The notes: generated by a model from the sequence alone, not told the origin. DNA of 28,666 nucleotides from Planctomycetota bacterium (GCA_965222115.1 CBDCTJ010000004.1:1-28666), one strand, 5' to 3'. Positions 1-8,488 are shown, numbered from the stretch's first letter. Numbers and translations are program-made.

Positions 1-188
1 TAGACGCGACGGCCTGGACCAATGGGCCTTGAAGTAACGAACTTGGGCGTGAGGCGCCGAATCGCGCTTCTTACGGCGTCTGGCCCGAGGTCTTCAAAGA
101 ACATCCGCCTCAAAACGGCAGGCGTCGAGATGCGGTAGCGCCTCAGGTGCTCGATGATCGCGTTATCGCGATGATTCAAAGTCGTCAT
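1..188 (-). CDS. N-terminal part of Replic_Relax-like (winged-helix) protein; continues across the window junction into 28666..28177
   Basis: ATG at 188 just after the stop of the upstream relaxase-like gene; reads MTTLNHRDNAIIEHLRRYRISTPAVLRRMFF...RPIGPGRRV with no stop to base 1. Resembles LSKRETELIAHVARYRATT of the paralogue at 24754-25431. Not in the ORF track because it is truncated. Confidence 0.8.
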   Translation of the reverse strand, partial: MTTLNHRDNAIIEHLRRYRISTPAVLRRMFFEDLGPDAVRSAIRRLTPKFVTSRPIGPGRRV

Positions 189-195
189 GGCAGCG

Positions 196-879
196 CTACC
201 AAAGCTCATAGGGAAGCCGACGCGAGGCGCAGTCTTCGTGAAAGGCCAAGAGTCTCTTGGCTGAGTAGGCGCCAGCGAAGTCGACGACGCGTACAGGACG
301 GCCATCTGAAGCGATTAGGAACGCGTCAGGTGTCTTCTCGCCTTTCCCACGACTAACGCGAGGGTCGTCTTCGGAAATCCACTGAGCGGCATCCTCGGGC
401 CTCTCTCGAAGGAGGTGTAGGTAGACCTCCGAGAGGTGGACGTCGTGCGTTCGCTGAAAGCGCTTCTTGAGCTTACCGCCGCGGCCGCCGTAACGCTTGG
501 CGGCTTTCTTCGACGCGTAGTAGAGCCACGTCGGTTCAGGCGCCTCCTTCCAACGACTCTGGCATGCGTACTCGAGCTTTGAGAAGTTGGGCGCGGGTAA
601 GTCCGGCTGCCAAATGGCGAGCGGGCGCTCAAGCAAGAGCAGGGGGTGAATCGCCAGCCTCTCCCCCACCACCAGGTCTGCCTTCTGAAGTTCTGCGAGC
701 CGCTTCGCGGAAGCCCGCTCAGGCAAGCTCAACGTCCCCCACCAGGTCGTCGCAATTTGGCTTAGGGCAAGCAATCTGACCTTGAGCGTGAGCGTTTCAA
801 GCACGTCGTGATCGCGCTTGGTGAGTCTGATGGATGGTGCTGCTCGTCCCACGCCACGTAGATAGTCGGCGGGGCTCAT
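196..879 (-). CDS. Replication-relaxation (Replic_Relax / MOB_C-like) relaxase, PD-(D/E)XK type
   Basis: N-terminal LTKRDHDVLETL winged-helix start, HDVHLSEVY, W-x-S-E and KTPDAFL...VVDFAGAY motifs typical of the family; first gene of an operon with a coupling protein. Start set at MSPADY (879); the ORF track extends to 954. Confidence 0.7.
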   Translation of the reverse strand: MSPADYLRGVGRAAPSIRLTKRDHDVLETLTLKVRLLALSQIATTWWGTLSLPERASAKRLAELQKADLVVGERLAIHPLLLLERPLAIWQPDLPAPNFSKLEYACQSRWKEAPEPTWLYYASKKAAKRYGGRGGKLKKRFQRTHDVHLSEVYLHLLRERPEDAAQWISEDDPRVSRGKGEKTPDAFLIASDGRPVRVVDFAGAYSAKRLLAFHEDCASRRLPYELW

Positions 880-893
880 ACTGCAAGGTTCAC

Positions 894-932
894 CGCAAGT
901 CTCCCGCCCTAACGATGGGCGGGAGACTTGCG
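894..932. repeat. Perfect 16-bp inverted repeat, candidate oriT/relaxase operator
   Basis: CGCAAGTCTCCCGCCC-TAACGAT-GGGCGGGAGACTTGCG immediately upstream of the relaxase start. Confidence 0.6.
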
Positions 933-1048
933 TCAGATGGTCGCCATCAAGCAAGTGTTTGGGGCAGAGTGAGATTCGGCTTGCCCGTGAGTGTGCGGGG
1001 TAACCGGTTTCGCTTCGAGCACGCAGCGCTCGCCTCTTTAGTGGCTAG

Positions 1049-1225
1049 ACGGACGCCGTTCAGGCGTCCGTGGACCACGGGCCGACCTAGGCCCGTGGAG
1101 AGGCCTCCAGGCGCCCTAGCGCCTGAGGCCTGGGAGCGAGCCCCAGCGAGTGACCGAAGGAGCCGTACAGGCTCCGGGGAAGCGCCTAGCTTCCCCAAAG
1201 CGCAAGCGGCGCCCCCCCAGGGCGA
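1049..1225. repeat. Array of adjacent short GC-rich hairpins
   Basis: ACGGACGCC-GTTCA-GGCGTCCGT (1049-1071); CCACGGGCC-GACCTA-GGCCCGTGG (1075-1098); CAGGCGC-CCTA-GCGCCTG (1108-1125); GGAGCC-GTACA-GGCTCC (1159-1175); GGGGAAGC-GCCTA-GCTTCCCC (1176-1196). Confidence 0.7.
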
Positions 1226-1281
1226 CGTGCGCGCTTCAGTGGTCTGTCGCGCAAACAGCGCGTCCGTTCTCGGCGTTCGAG

Positions 1282-1348
1282 GCAGTTATCCACATATCCA
1301 CAGTGGCGCCCTCAAGCGCTCTAGGGCTGTGGATATGTGGGTAACTGC
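1282..1348. repeat. 22-bp inverted repeat containing DnaA-box-like sequences
   Basis: GCAGTTATCCACATATCCACAG (1282-1303) / CTGTGGATATGTGGGTAACTGC (1327-1348), 1 mismatch; contains consensus TTATCCACA at 1286-1294. Confidence 0.75.
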
Positions 1349-1675
1349 GATTGCTACCGGTCGTGCTCTCGGGACAGCCCGGATCCCCCTAAGTCTCAAA
1401 CTATGCGTGCATGTTTCGACGAGCAATGTCATCGATCTTTGGTCTCGCATATCACGCTTTCTGGGATTGCCCCGTTTTCGTGGACACCTCTCTTCTAGAA
1501 TGGAAGCTGGCGCGAAACTCACACGCCTAATTCGGATTGATTGGACCTGAGACACAAAAGCAGGCTCATGGGTTGGCGGGGTGTTTACTTTGATTGACCT
1601 TGATCGGACAAGTTCATCCGACCAAGTGGCAACCTCTGAAGGGTGCAGGTCATGCCTGTATCCAAACAAGCATAG

Positions 1676-2146
1676 CTAAAGAGTTCTCCGCGCCTGCTTA
1701 AGTTCAACGTGCATCACGATCGCAGATGCCACTAGTAGACAGTTAACAAGCACCAAATGTTGTATGAAACTGAGCCTCAAATCGCCGAAGCAACTTCGGC
1801 AGCTTATCTCTCGCAGTTCGTCGATTCGCGATAGACTTACAATAGAAAACACTAAGCTGAGAAGTGTGGCCAAGATCGAGCCTACGCGAGCCAAGCGTCG
1901 CGTGAGGAGCATACATCCTACGACCATCTCTGCGACCATCGCGACTACGGTCAGAGGCGTTAAAAAGTCTGTGCTTAGCTTTACGCTTCCAAGCGCGATG
2001 AAGACGAGTCCAAGTGAAATTCGTGCGAAAGCCAAACGCGCTTCAATCCTCGAAGAGCGCACGGAGATCGAGTCGAAGCGTCTCCGCAAGCGAGTTAGCG
2101 TGGCCGAGGAGTTGCCCCAGCTCTGAATCTGAACCCGTCTGCACAA
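1676..2146 (-). CDS. MauE/DoxX-family membrane protein (start uncertain, probably shorter)
   Basis: Four hydrophobic segments, ARISLGLVFIALGSVKL and E-x-x-VG motifs, and CRSCFG resembling the MauE C-G-C-F-G motif. Confidence 0.7.
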   Translation of the reverse strand: MCRRVQIQSWGNSSATLTRLRRRFDSISVRSSRIEARLAFARISLGLVFIALGSVKLSTDFLTPLTVVAMVAEMVVGCMLLTRRLARVGSILATLLSLVFSIVSLSRIDELREISCRSCFGDLRLSFIQHLVLVNCLLVASAIVMHVELKQARRTL

Positions 2147-3029
2147 CCGTTATGGATCTATCAGTGGTAAGGGATTTACCGTAAACGGTGCCCTGTATGC
2201 GCACAAAGCGACCCGACTGAATACTCTCGGCCACCGCGTGCCAGAGACGATAGCCGGTCCGAGCATGGTCTCGCAGATATTCTTCGGCAAGATTGGTAGC
2301 TGCCTTCATGCGATTCTCGGGAAGGCCCTTCTGACCCCACATTGATAGTGTCCCGCGAATCAAGTGACGAGCATTCAATGCGAGTCCTGGCCGATTGTTT
2401 CCAAGAAAAACTAAATTCTCACTCATGCACGGAATGGAAAAGAACGTAAATTCCCCATTTCGCAGGCTGTGCTCAACAACTCGATTTGACAGCCGGTGAC
2501 GAAGCGATGCCAGGCTCTCCACAAACCGTATATGCATGGAATTCTCGCGGTAATGACGATACGAAATTCCTAGCGGCCTCACGGGTACTGCATCTACAAC
2601 CCTCCGATATTCATCAACAGCCCCCTGGTCCACGTAAACTTGCCACAACTGCTTCCATTGAGCTGGAGTATGCGGTTCAAGTGATACTCGACCCTGAGAT
2701 ATAGCGCGCCTTAAAAGGAGCCTTTCGTCCAAGTCATCTGAAGCGTCCGAGGAATCGATGTCTTTGACGGTTTCTTCCGATACGGATCTTTGGGCAGTTG
2801 CCTCAGAACTCCTTTCCGCCGTGACTTCGCGTGCTGCTGTATTCGCTCCGGGGGTTGCTCCCTGAGGCGAGCTAGATACTTGCTCCTGTTCAAGCGGTTG
2901 CGGGGGGACCACCCCTAGACCAATGGCTGAAATCGCGGCGCTAAGAACGCATCCCACCCCGAAACCTAAGAGCAAGAGAGTAGTTGTGCGCAATGCGATA
3001 TCCTCCCACTCACTAACGCAACTGCTCAA
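2043..3029 (-). CDS. Hypothetical exported/membrane-anchored protein
   Basis: 328-aa ORF, N-terminal hydrophobic segment then low-complexity linker; overlaps neighbours in operon fashion. Confidence 0.7.
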   Translation of the reverse strand: MSSCVSEWEDIALRTTTLLLLGFGVGCVLSAAISAIGLGVVPPQPLEQEQVSSSPQGATPGANTAAREVTAERSSEATAQRSVSEETVKDIDSSDASDDLDERLLLRRAISQGRVSLEPHTPAQWKQLWQVYVDQGAVDEYRRVVDAVPVRPLGISYRHYRENSMHIRFVESLASLRHRLSNRVVEHSLRNGEFTFFSIPCMSENLVFLGNNRPGLALNARHLIRGTLSMWGQKGLPENRMKAATNLAEEYLRDHARTGYRLWHAVAESIQSGRFVRIQGTVYGKSLTTDRSITVVQTGSDSELGQLLGHANSLAETLRLDLRALFED

Positions 3030-3921
3030 GATCCGCTGTGAAACGATCGAATCGCTTTCTGAATGACGCTAGAACACCAGCCACCTTGTCATCTTGGTCC
3101 GCAGATACAAGGTACACGCACCCAGTTCGAATAAGTAAGGCGCCTCGCTTCGGAAGCTGAGTCGCATGGCCCGAGCCTGTGCTGAGGGACACAACGCGAT
3201 CGATGATCCGTTTGAATATTGCGCGGCGTTCGATCTCATACCGCTTTAATAGCTCAATAGCTTCCGATCGCTCGTCGCCAGCGAGCTTCTTCTCTTGGCT
3301 TGCCTCATACCAGACGAGGCTCAATTCCGGAGAGGCTGTAGGCGCAAACTGGCTCCCCGGTACACTGAACGGAGGGAACACATCCCCTACAGTGGAAAAA
3401 AACTGAAACTCTTCACCCAGCCACGGCGCAGGTCCAATGCGGCGAGACGCCTCGAGAGCCTTTCGGTTTAGCTCAAGGTCCGACTCGAACTTGCGATCTA
3501 AACGATCTTGAAACTCGCGAGGGAAACGAGACTTTGTGGTTTGATCAAGCCACTTTGCTTGAGTCCATTCACTGGAAAAGGTCTCCGCATGCAGGCTCCC
3601 CCCTCTAAATGAAACATCCGCGTCGCTGAGGCGCGGTGCCCATTGCGGAAGTGCCACATCAGCATCGTTGGCGCCATCCTCCGATAACGATCGCGTTTCC
3701 TGCTCAACATCAACAACAAAGTCCCCCTGCACCATACCTTGCGAACCCTGGAGAGCTGGAAACAGGCGAGGGCTAGCCGACACAGGGTCGATGCGATACA
3801 GGCGACCCCTGGGCTGTGCAGGCCGCAGCCAATGGGAAACCACAAATTGCGAAACCATCAGCCCCAAGACAACCGCCGCCCCAAACATAAGGTGACGCCG
3901 ACCCCCAAAATACCGACTCAT
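3013..3921 (-). CDS. Hypothetical membrane-anchored protein
   Basis: 302-aa ORF, basic N-terminus plus TM helix (LMFGAAVVLGLMVSQFVV); GAGG upstream. Confidence 0.75.
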   Translation of the reverse strand: MSRYFGGRRHLMFGAAVVLGLMVSQFVVSHWLRPAQPRGRLYRIDPVSASPRLFPALQGSQGMVQGDFVVDVEQETRSLSEDGANDADVALPQWAPRLSDADVSFRGGSLHAETFSSEWTQAKWLDQTTKSRFPREFQDRLDRKFESDLELNRKALEASRRIGPAPWLGEEFQFFSTVGDVFPPFSVPGSQFAPTASPELSLVWYEASQEKKLAGDERSEAIELLKRYEIERRAIFKRIIDRVVSLSTGSGHATQLPKRGALLIRTGCVYLVSADQDDKVAGVLASFRKRFDRFTADLEQLR

Positions 3922-3969
3922 GACAGCGGCCTCGTCGCTTGACGCGTAATCAATCGGCGGAAAACAGCG

Positions 3970-4437
3970 CTACTTGCAATCACATTGAAATGTCGCGTTC
4001 CCTCCGATTATGCCGCTCACCACATCAATGCAATCGTACACCGACGGACAATTTTTCTTAATACAATTCATAGTTTGGGACACGAAACCACCGGAAAGAG
4101 TCGTAGTCACCAATTCCGATTCACAGAGCCACGTGGAGCTAGAAGGATCAGGTAGGTAATAAATGTAGAACCCAACTCCTTCCCTGTAGCACATGCACGA
4201 TTCAGTTTTCGTGTTTCCATTAACGACAGTTGCTACTTTGCAGCATTCATCGGGTCTAGGGCACCAACCGGGACAATTCATTGTGAACAGTGTTCCAAAC
4301 CAATTTGTAGTAGTGGCTTGCCCGCTACTCTGACATTCGCTAAGGGGATCTCCAGGAATTGCGAACGCCGCGGTGGAACCGAAGCCCACTATCGTCATTG
4401 CTATAGCCAGTATCAGTCCAGCGCTATCTCGAAACAT
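3970..4437 (-). CDS. Secreted cysteine-rich protein with an internal duplication
   Basis: AAGGAGG RBS before ATG 4437; signal peptide ending AAFA; 13 Cys in the mature part arranged as two similar modules. Confidence 0.8.
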   Translation of the reverse strand: MFRDSAGLILAIAMTIVGFGSTAAFAIPGDPLSECQSSGQATTTNWFGTLFTMNCPGWCPRPDECCKVATVVNGNTKTESCMCYREGVGFYIYYLPDPSSSTWLCESELVTTTLSGGFVSQTMNCIKKNCPSVYDCIDVVSGIIGGNATFQCDCK

Positions 4438-4667
4438 GAGCTGCCTCCTTACACGTAAGTGTACGCTGGCACTTGTATCCACAATTGATAATTCCGAGGC
4501 GAAGCTCACAGGGGGCCGCTAGGTCTCTGGCCGTGTTGGAGCAATTGTAGCCCTCAACGAGTTTCTGTTCGGTTAGGGATTTGAAATAGATATTGATACT
4601 ATTCGGGAGCGCCTTTCCCGGTTAGACGCCTCAGGTCGATTTCGGGGATGAGGCCACAACCGCATTC

Positions 4668-5153
4668 CTACACAGTACGCAAGGCCCGTTGAATCAAATT
4701 TGAAAGTTGAGTTTCAAATACAGCTATCGCCTCGTGCTGACTATTCGGAGGGCGATTCATAGGGGGCTCCGCGCGAGCGTGACGAACGATTTCGTCTTCA
4801 GCATTGAGCAAGAGCCTAATACTTGCCCTGAGAACGTGACTCAGCTTCAACGTCGTCCCAAGCTCTGCTGCGATCTTTTGCACGAGCCGCTCGATCTCGG
4901 CTTCTTCCTGCACTGAAAGCAGGAGCCGCTTCTCGCGCTTCTTAGGCGCAACGGTACGCGGCATTGAAACAGCAGTTGGTAGCTGTGAAGGCACGGCCCT
5001 TGGCCTTGGAGGAGGCGGCAAAGGAGAAGGATCGTGCTGCGGGGCCACTTGTGACGTGGCGGCCTCTTTTGAATTGGGGTTCAACACTGACCGAATGAGC
5101 GACTCTTTGACAGGCTCGTAGGGTTGTTCGGCTTTGGGCGCTCGCTTAGCCAT
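4668..5153 (-). CDS. Putative ParA partner (centromere-binding adaptor)
   Basis: AAGGAGGT RBS, overlaps the parA stop; disordered Pro-rich N-terminus then strand-helix-helix (REKRLLLSVQEEAEIERLV...LSHVLRASIRLLL) suggestive of ribbon-helix-helix. Confidence 0.6.
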   Translation of the reverse strand: MAKRAPKAEQPYEPVKESLIRSVLNPNSKEAATSQVAPQHDPSPLPPPPRPRAVPSQLPTAVSMPRTVAPKKREKRLLLSVQEEAEIERLVQKIAAELGTTLKLSHVLRASIRLLLNAEDEIVRHARAEPPMNRPPNSQHEAIAVFETQLSNLIQRALRTV

Positions 5154-6099
5154 TTGCGACCTCCTTGCGGTCAGAGATGGCCACAACGCTTTCTTCCCCC
5201 TCCCCCACCGGGGCGCTCGCCTTCGACTTTCGATCGACGGTCTCACTTACCGACGAAGACGAAGAAGAGAACTTGCGAATGCGCTCTTCAATCTCTTTCG
5301 CGATAGCTCGGTACTGTTCCGTGATTTTGTGCTTCGGCGCTGTCTGAAAGAGCGTCTTACCGACCCGCTGAGCCCGAGGAACAACGGTTGAGCGGCTCAC
5401 CTCGGATTCAAACTTCATGGACGGAATGCCGTCGGCAGTGAAGATGTCTTTGACGTACGTGGTCAGACTCTTTGCGAGCCTCGTTCGGGCGTCGACGCCG
5501 GAAAGGATGACCCCCAACAAGCGCAGGTTCTCATTTCCGTGCTTCTGAGCGCCCTGAATGTCTTTGAGGGCATCGTTTAGGCCGGCGATCGCGAACGGGT
5601 CGGGCATGGCAGAGAGAATGAACCAATCTGCGGCCTTGTACGCCGCTATGGTCGGCGTTGTCGCATTTGGAGCCGTATCTAGGAAGATGTAGTCATAACG
5701 GCCCTGGAGCGTTCTGAGAGGCTCTATGAGCACATCCTGCATGACGAGGAACTTGTTCTTCGCGGCGAGTTCTTGATCAATCTTCTCAAGCAATCTGCGA
5801 GCGGGAATCAGGTCTACGTTAGGTGGCAAGACGATGTCTTCGTCAGCGTTCGTGATGATGACGTCGGCGGCTTCCTCAGCCCCCACGAGAACCTCGAAAC
5901 TCCCAAGGAACCCATCGGCATGGATGCCGAAGTGCCGAGTTGCTCCGTGGTTCATGTCGAGGTCGATGATGAGGCAACGACGCCCCAGCTCACCCAAGGC
6001 GGTTGCCATGTGAACGGTGTTGGTGGTCTTTCCGACACCACCCTTTTGATTTCCGACCGCGATGATGTGCGTCATTCGGCCCGTGTTTGCCCTCACCAT
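5146..6099 (-). CDS. parA: ParA/Soj family partition ATPase
   Basis: Deviant Walker A NQKGGVGKTT, IDLD, YDYIFLDTAP Walker B; AGGAGG RBS before ATG 6099. Confidence 0.95.
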   Translation of the reverse strand: MVRANTGRMTHIIAVGNQKGGVGKTTNTVHMATALGELGRRCLIIDLDMNHGATRHFGIHADGFLGSFEVLVGAEEAADVIITNADEDIVLPPNVDLIPARRLLEKIDQELAAKNKFLVMQDVLIEPLRTLQGRYDYIFLDTAPNATTPTIAAYKAADWFILSAMPDPFAIAGLNDALKDIQGAQKHGNENLRLLGVILSGVDARTRLAKSLTTYVKDIFTADGIPSMKFESEVSRSTVVPRAQRVGKTLFQTAPKHKITEQYRAIAKEIEERIRKFSSSSSSVSETVDRKSKASAPVGEGEESVVAISDRKEVANG

Positions 6100-6124
6100 G
6101 GCTGCCTCCTGTGAAAAATTTTTC

Positions 6125-6309
6125 CGCGTTCTCGCGATAACGCGACGTCGCTTTGGCGCGTGAACGCCAGAACGCGAACTCGCGACCCAGCTAGAACATG
6201 TCACACTAAGTCGGCTCTAGGAAAGGGTTTCTTTCGTATCGTTCCCGCGTTCTCGCGATGATGCCATGTCGCCACCTCGCTTTCACGCGAGCACGCTAGA
6301 TAGCCAGAT
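6125..6309. repeat. Two phased arrays of degenerate 8-bp repeats (parS/operator-like)
   Basis: 6125-6196: cgcgttct cgcgataa cgcgacgt cgctttgg cgcgtgaa cgccagaa cgcgaact cgcgaccc agctagaa; 6246-6309: cgcgttct cgcgatga tgccatgt cgccacct cgctttca cgcgagca cgctagat agccagat. Confidence 0.75.
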
Positions 6310-6476
6310 CTCTGAATTCCTCTCGGTCCCAAAGAACTTTAGATCTTGCCGGAGGCCAAGTACTCGGCTTTAACGGGTGTTAGCACCACTGCTTGTGGAT
6401 GCGACTGGATTGCTCCACAAGCGGTGGAATGAGGAACGCAAATAGGAGGATTGCATGGCGAGCTAGAGCGGATGCC

Positions 6477-6590
6477 AAAAACGACGAAAGGCCAACCCCT
6501 GCCAGGGCTGGCCTTCCATCAAGTCGTGTGACCACATGCGAATGAGATCGCTACACAAAACAAACCGCCTAGGCGAGCTTGTGACATGAA
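6477..6590 (-). ncRNA. Putative antisense (countertranscript) RNA in the rep leader
   Basis: Minus-strand promoter upstream and a minus-strand terminator AAGGCCAGCCC-TGGCAG-GGGTTGGCCTT-TCGTCGTTTTT whose single mismatch is G-U only on the minus strand. Confidence 0.55.
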
Positions 6591-6595
6591 CCCCT

Positions 6596-6625
6596 AGTGT
6601 AGCGACTTCCTTGCATATGCGTCAA
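6596..6625 (-). promoter_or_regulatory. Sigma70-like promoter for the antisense RNA
   Basis: TTGACG (6625-6620) - 18 bp - TACACT (6601-6596). Confidence 0.55.
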
Positions 6626-6734
6626 GACCATCTTCGGAGTGATTTGGTCGGCTTCACCCATCGCCCATGATGGCTAGATAGCGTTATCGCTAGAACGCCA
6701 TCTTGCACACCTCCTCCATGCCAAGGAGGAGCAC

Positions 6735-8174
6735 ATGAGTATTCAAACTCTCCAGCGAAAGCGCGCTGCGCGAAAGCCCTCAGGCGGCTTCGTGTTTACA
6801 AGCCCCGCGAGGCTTATTGCTGCCTGGAAGGCCTATCGGGAGAACCGCATCCGCCTGCAAGACCTTCGCGTGTGGCTAGCGGCCCACGAGCAGGAGGCAC
6901 GGCGCTGCCAATGCCCAAAGGGAACCAAGCCGGACTTTGATCTGGAAGAACTTCGTCGCCTAACCGGCGCAGCTACGAGAAGCGCCGTAGCGTGCTCTCT
7001 AAGGCGTTTGACCACCGAGAGGCTCATTCGGTGGGGAAGCAGCAAGATCTCGTTTCCTCGGCCCGATTTGGGGCTCCTAGGGCTAAATCCTGAGGAAACC
7101 GTCTCCTTCGGCTCACTTCATCGCCTGGTGCCCATGCCAAGACGCATGCTGCGGCTGCTTGCCGGAGGCGCTAGGCGGGTGCTCATTGCGACCGTCTTCG
7201 GCCACGCGATTCGATGTCTCTACTACCGAAAGGGCCAATGCAATCCCGTGGGGGGCTGCAAGGCGTCCTGGATTGCCTCTGCCTTCAGCGTCGATTTGAG
7301 GGCCGTAAAGCGCGCAAGAGCGCATCTTTTCGAACTCGGGTGGCTTGAGAGGCTAAGCGCGCCGCAATGGCGCCTGAACCGAATGGGGGCCATCCTGGCG
7401 GTAAATCTCAACTGGGAGCGAGCCCAGGAGAGCAAATCTCAAGAGACGAAGTCCCGGTATACGGGGACACCCGGTAGGGGGGGCACTGAGCCCAAACGAC
7501 CACCCCCTCGGCCCAAAAATGAGCCCAAACTGCCACCCCCTGATTCAAACAAGAAACTCTCTTCGAGATCTAAGAACCAGAAACCCGCTTCGCGCGGAGG
7601 CGCTGGTGTTTCAAAACCGAAGTCAAAGAAGACCCCGACACTGAGAGACATTCGGCCCGAAGACCTGAAGAGCACCGAAAGGCTCCTGCAACTCTTCAAC
7701 GAAGCTTGCTCAAGGGGGCTTCTTCAGCCAAGCGAGCACGACCGCTTGAGGTTTGTTGCTGCGGCCGAGCACGCAAAGGCCATTGGCTCAACGAATCCAT
7801 GCGGTTTGCTGGCGTATTTGGTCCGCCGGGGTCGTTGGCACTACGTCACGCAAGACGACGAAGATGCTGCAAACAAGCGCTTAAAAGCACATTTTTACGG
7901 TTCGGTGGGGGAGAGAGATTCGAAGTACGTTCCCCGTGAAACACAGTGTGAGGAACCAGAACTCTCAGACGATGGCTACCTGGTTCGTGCAATCGTGGCG
8001 GTAGCAAAGCGCAACCGGATTTCGATGGAGCCGTTCTATTTGCTCAAGCAAAAGAAGCCTGAGTGGACGAAGGAGCGCTGGGACGAAGCGCTTGAAGAGG
8101 CAAAGCTCTTTGACTCGATGGAGAGACTTGGGAGGCTTAGGCGTGTCTCAGAACGTTTCTATAATGGCCAATAA
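6735..8174 (+). CDS. Putative plasmid replication initiator (HTH-containing)
   Basis: AAGGAGGAG RBS; two HTH-like segments (DLEELRRLTG...VACSLRRL; ASWIASAFSVDLRAVKRARAHLFELGWL), Pro/Lys linker, C-terminal NPCGLL motif as in initiator C-domains; divergent from parA. Confidence 0.65.
   Translation: MSIQTLQRKRAARKPSGGFVFTSPARLIAAWKAYRENRIRLQDLRVWLAAHEQEARRCQCPKGTKPDFDLEELRRLTGAATRSAVACSLRRLTTERLIRWGSSKISFPRPDLGLLGLNPEETVSFGSLHRLVPMPRRMLRLLAGGARRVLIATVFGHAIRCLYYRKGQCNPVGGCKASWIASAFSVDLRAVKRARAHLFELGWLERLSAPQWRLNRMGAILAVNLNWERAQESKSQETKSRYTGTPGRGGTEPKRPPPRPKNEPKLPPPDSNKKLSSRSKNQKPASRGGAGVSKPKSKKTPTLRDIRPEDLKSTERLLQLFNEACSRGLLQPSEHDRLRFVAAAEHAKAIGSTNPCGLLAYLVRRGRWHYVTQDDEDAANKRLKAHFYGSVGERDSKYVPRETQCEEPELSDDGYLVRAIVAVAKRNRISMEPFYLLKQKKPEWTKERWDEALEEAKLFDSMERLGRLRRVSERFYNGQ
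7487..7541 (+). repeat. 22-bp direct repeat pair inside rep (iteron-like)
   Basis: TGAGCCCAAACGACCACCCCCT (7487-7508) and TGAGCCCAAACTGCCACCCCCT (7520-7541), period 33 bp. Confidence 0.6.
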
Positions 8175-8218
8175 TGATCATCATAGACAGTGCGCGTGAA
8201 AAATGGTATGATGTCGTC

Positions 8219-8488
8219 ATGAACGTATCACTAACAAAAGAGCAGAAGAGGTTCATCGAGGAGGCCATCAACGGCGGGCGCTATTACTCGTCTGCGGAGG
8301 TGGTTCGCGCCGGACTTCGGATGCTGATGGAAAAGGAAGAATCTCGCGAAGCGCAGCTTGAGCAGCTTCGAAATGGGATTCGGCTTGGTCTCGATCAGCT
8401 GGATCGTGGTGAGGTTGTCGACGCCGATGAAGCGATTCGAGCTATTCGGGAGAAATTGCAGGCGCGCAAAGAGGCTGAGGGCGCGTGA
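8219..8488 (+). CDS. parD: ParD-family antitoxin (ribbon-helix-helix)
   Basis: MNVSLT...GRYYSSAEVVRAGLR...LRNGIRLGLDQLDRGE matches the CopG/Arc/MetJ ParD family. Confidence 0.9.
   Translation: MNVSLTKEQKRFIEEAINGGRYYSSAEVVRAGLRMLMEKEESREAQLEQLRNGIRLGLDQLDRGEVVDADEAIRAIREKLQARKEAEGA

Noticed and set aside
1049-1225. CRISPR array
   Set aside because: Stems differ in sequence, there is no repeat-spacer periodicity and no cas genes are present
834-1669. ORFs 834-1550(+), 947-1198(-), 1286-1669(-)
   Set aside because: Low-complexity Arg/Pro/Ala translations across palindromic DNA; likely non-coding
6100-6204. N-terminal extension of ParA in the ORF track
   Set aside because: Runs through the 8-bp repeat array; a strong RBS supports ATG 6099
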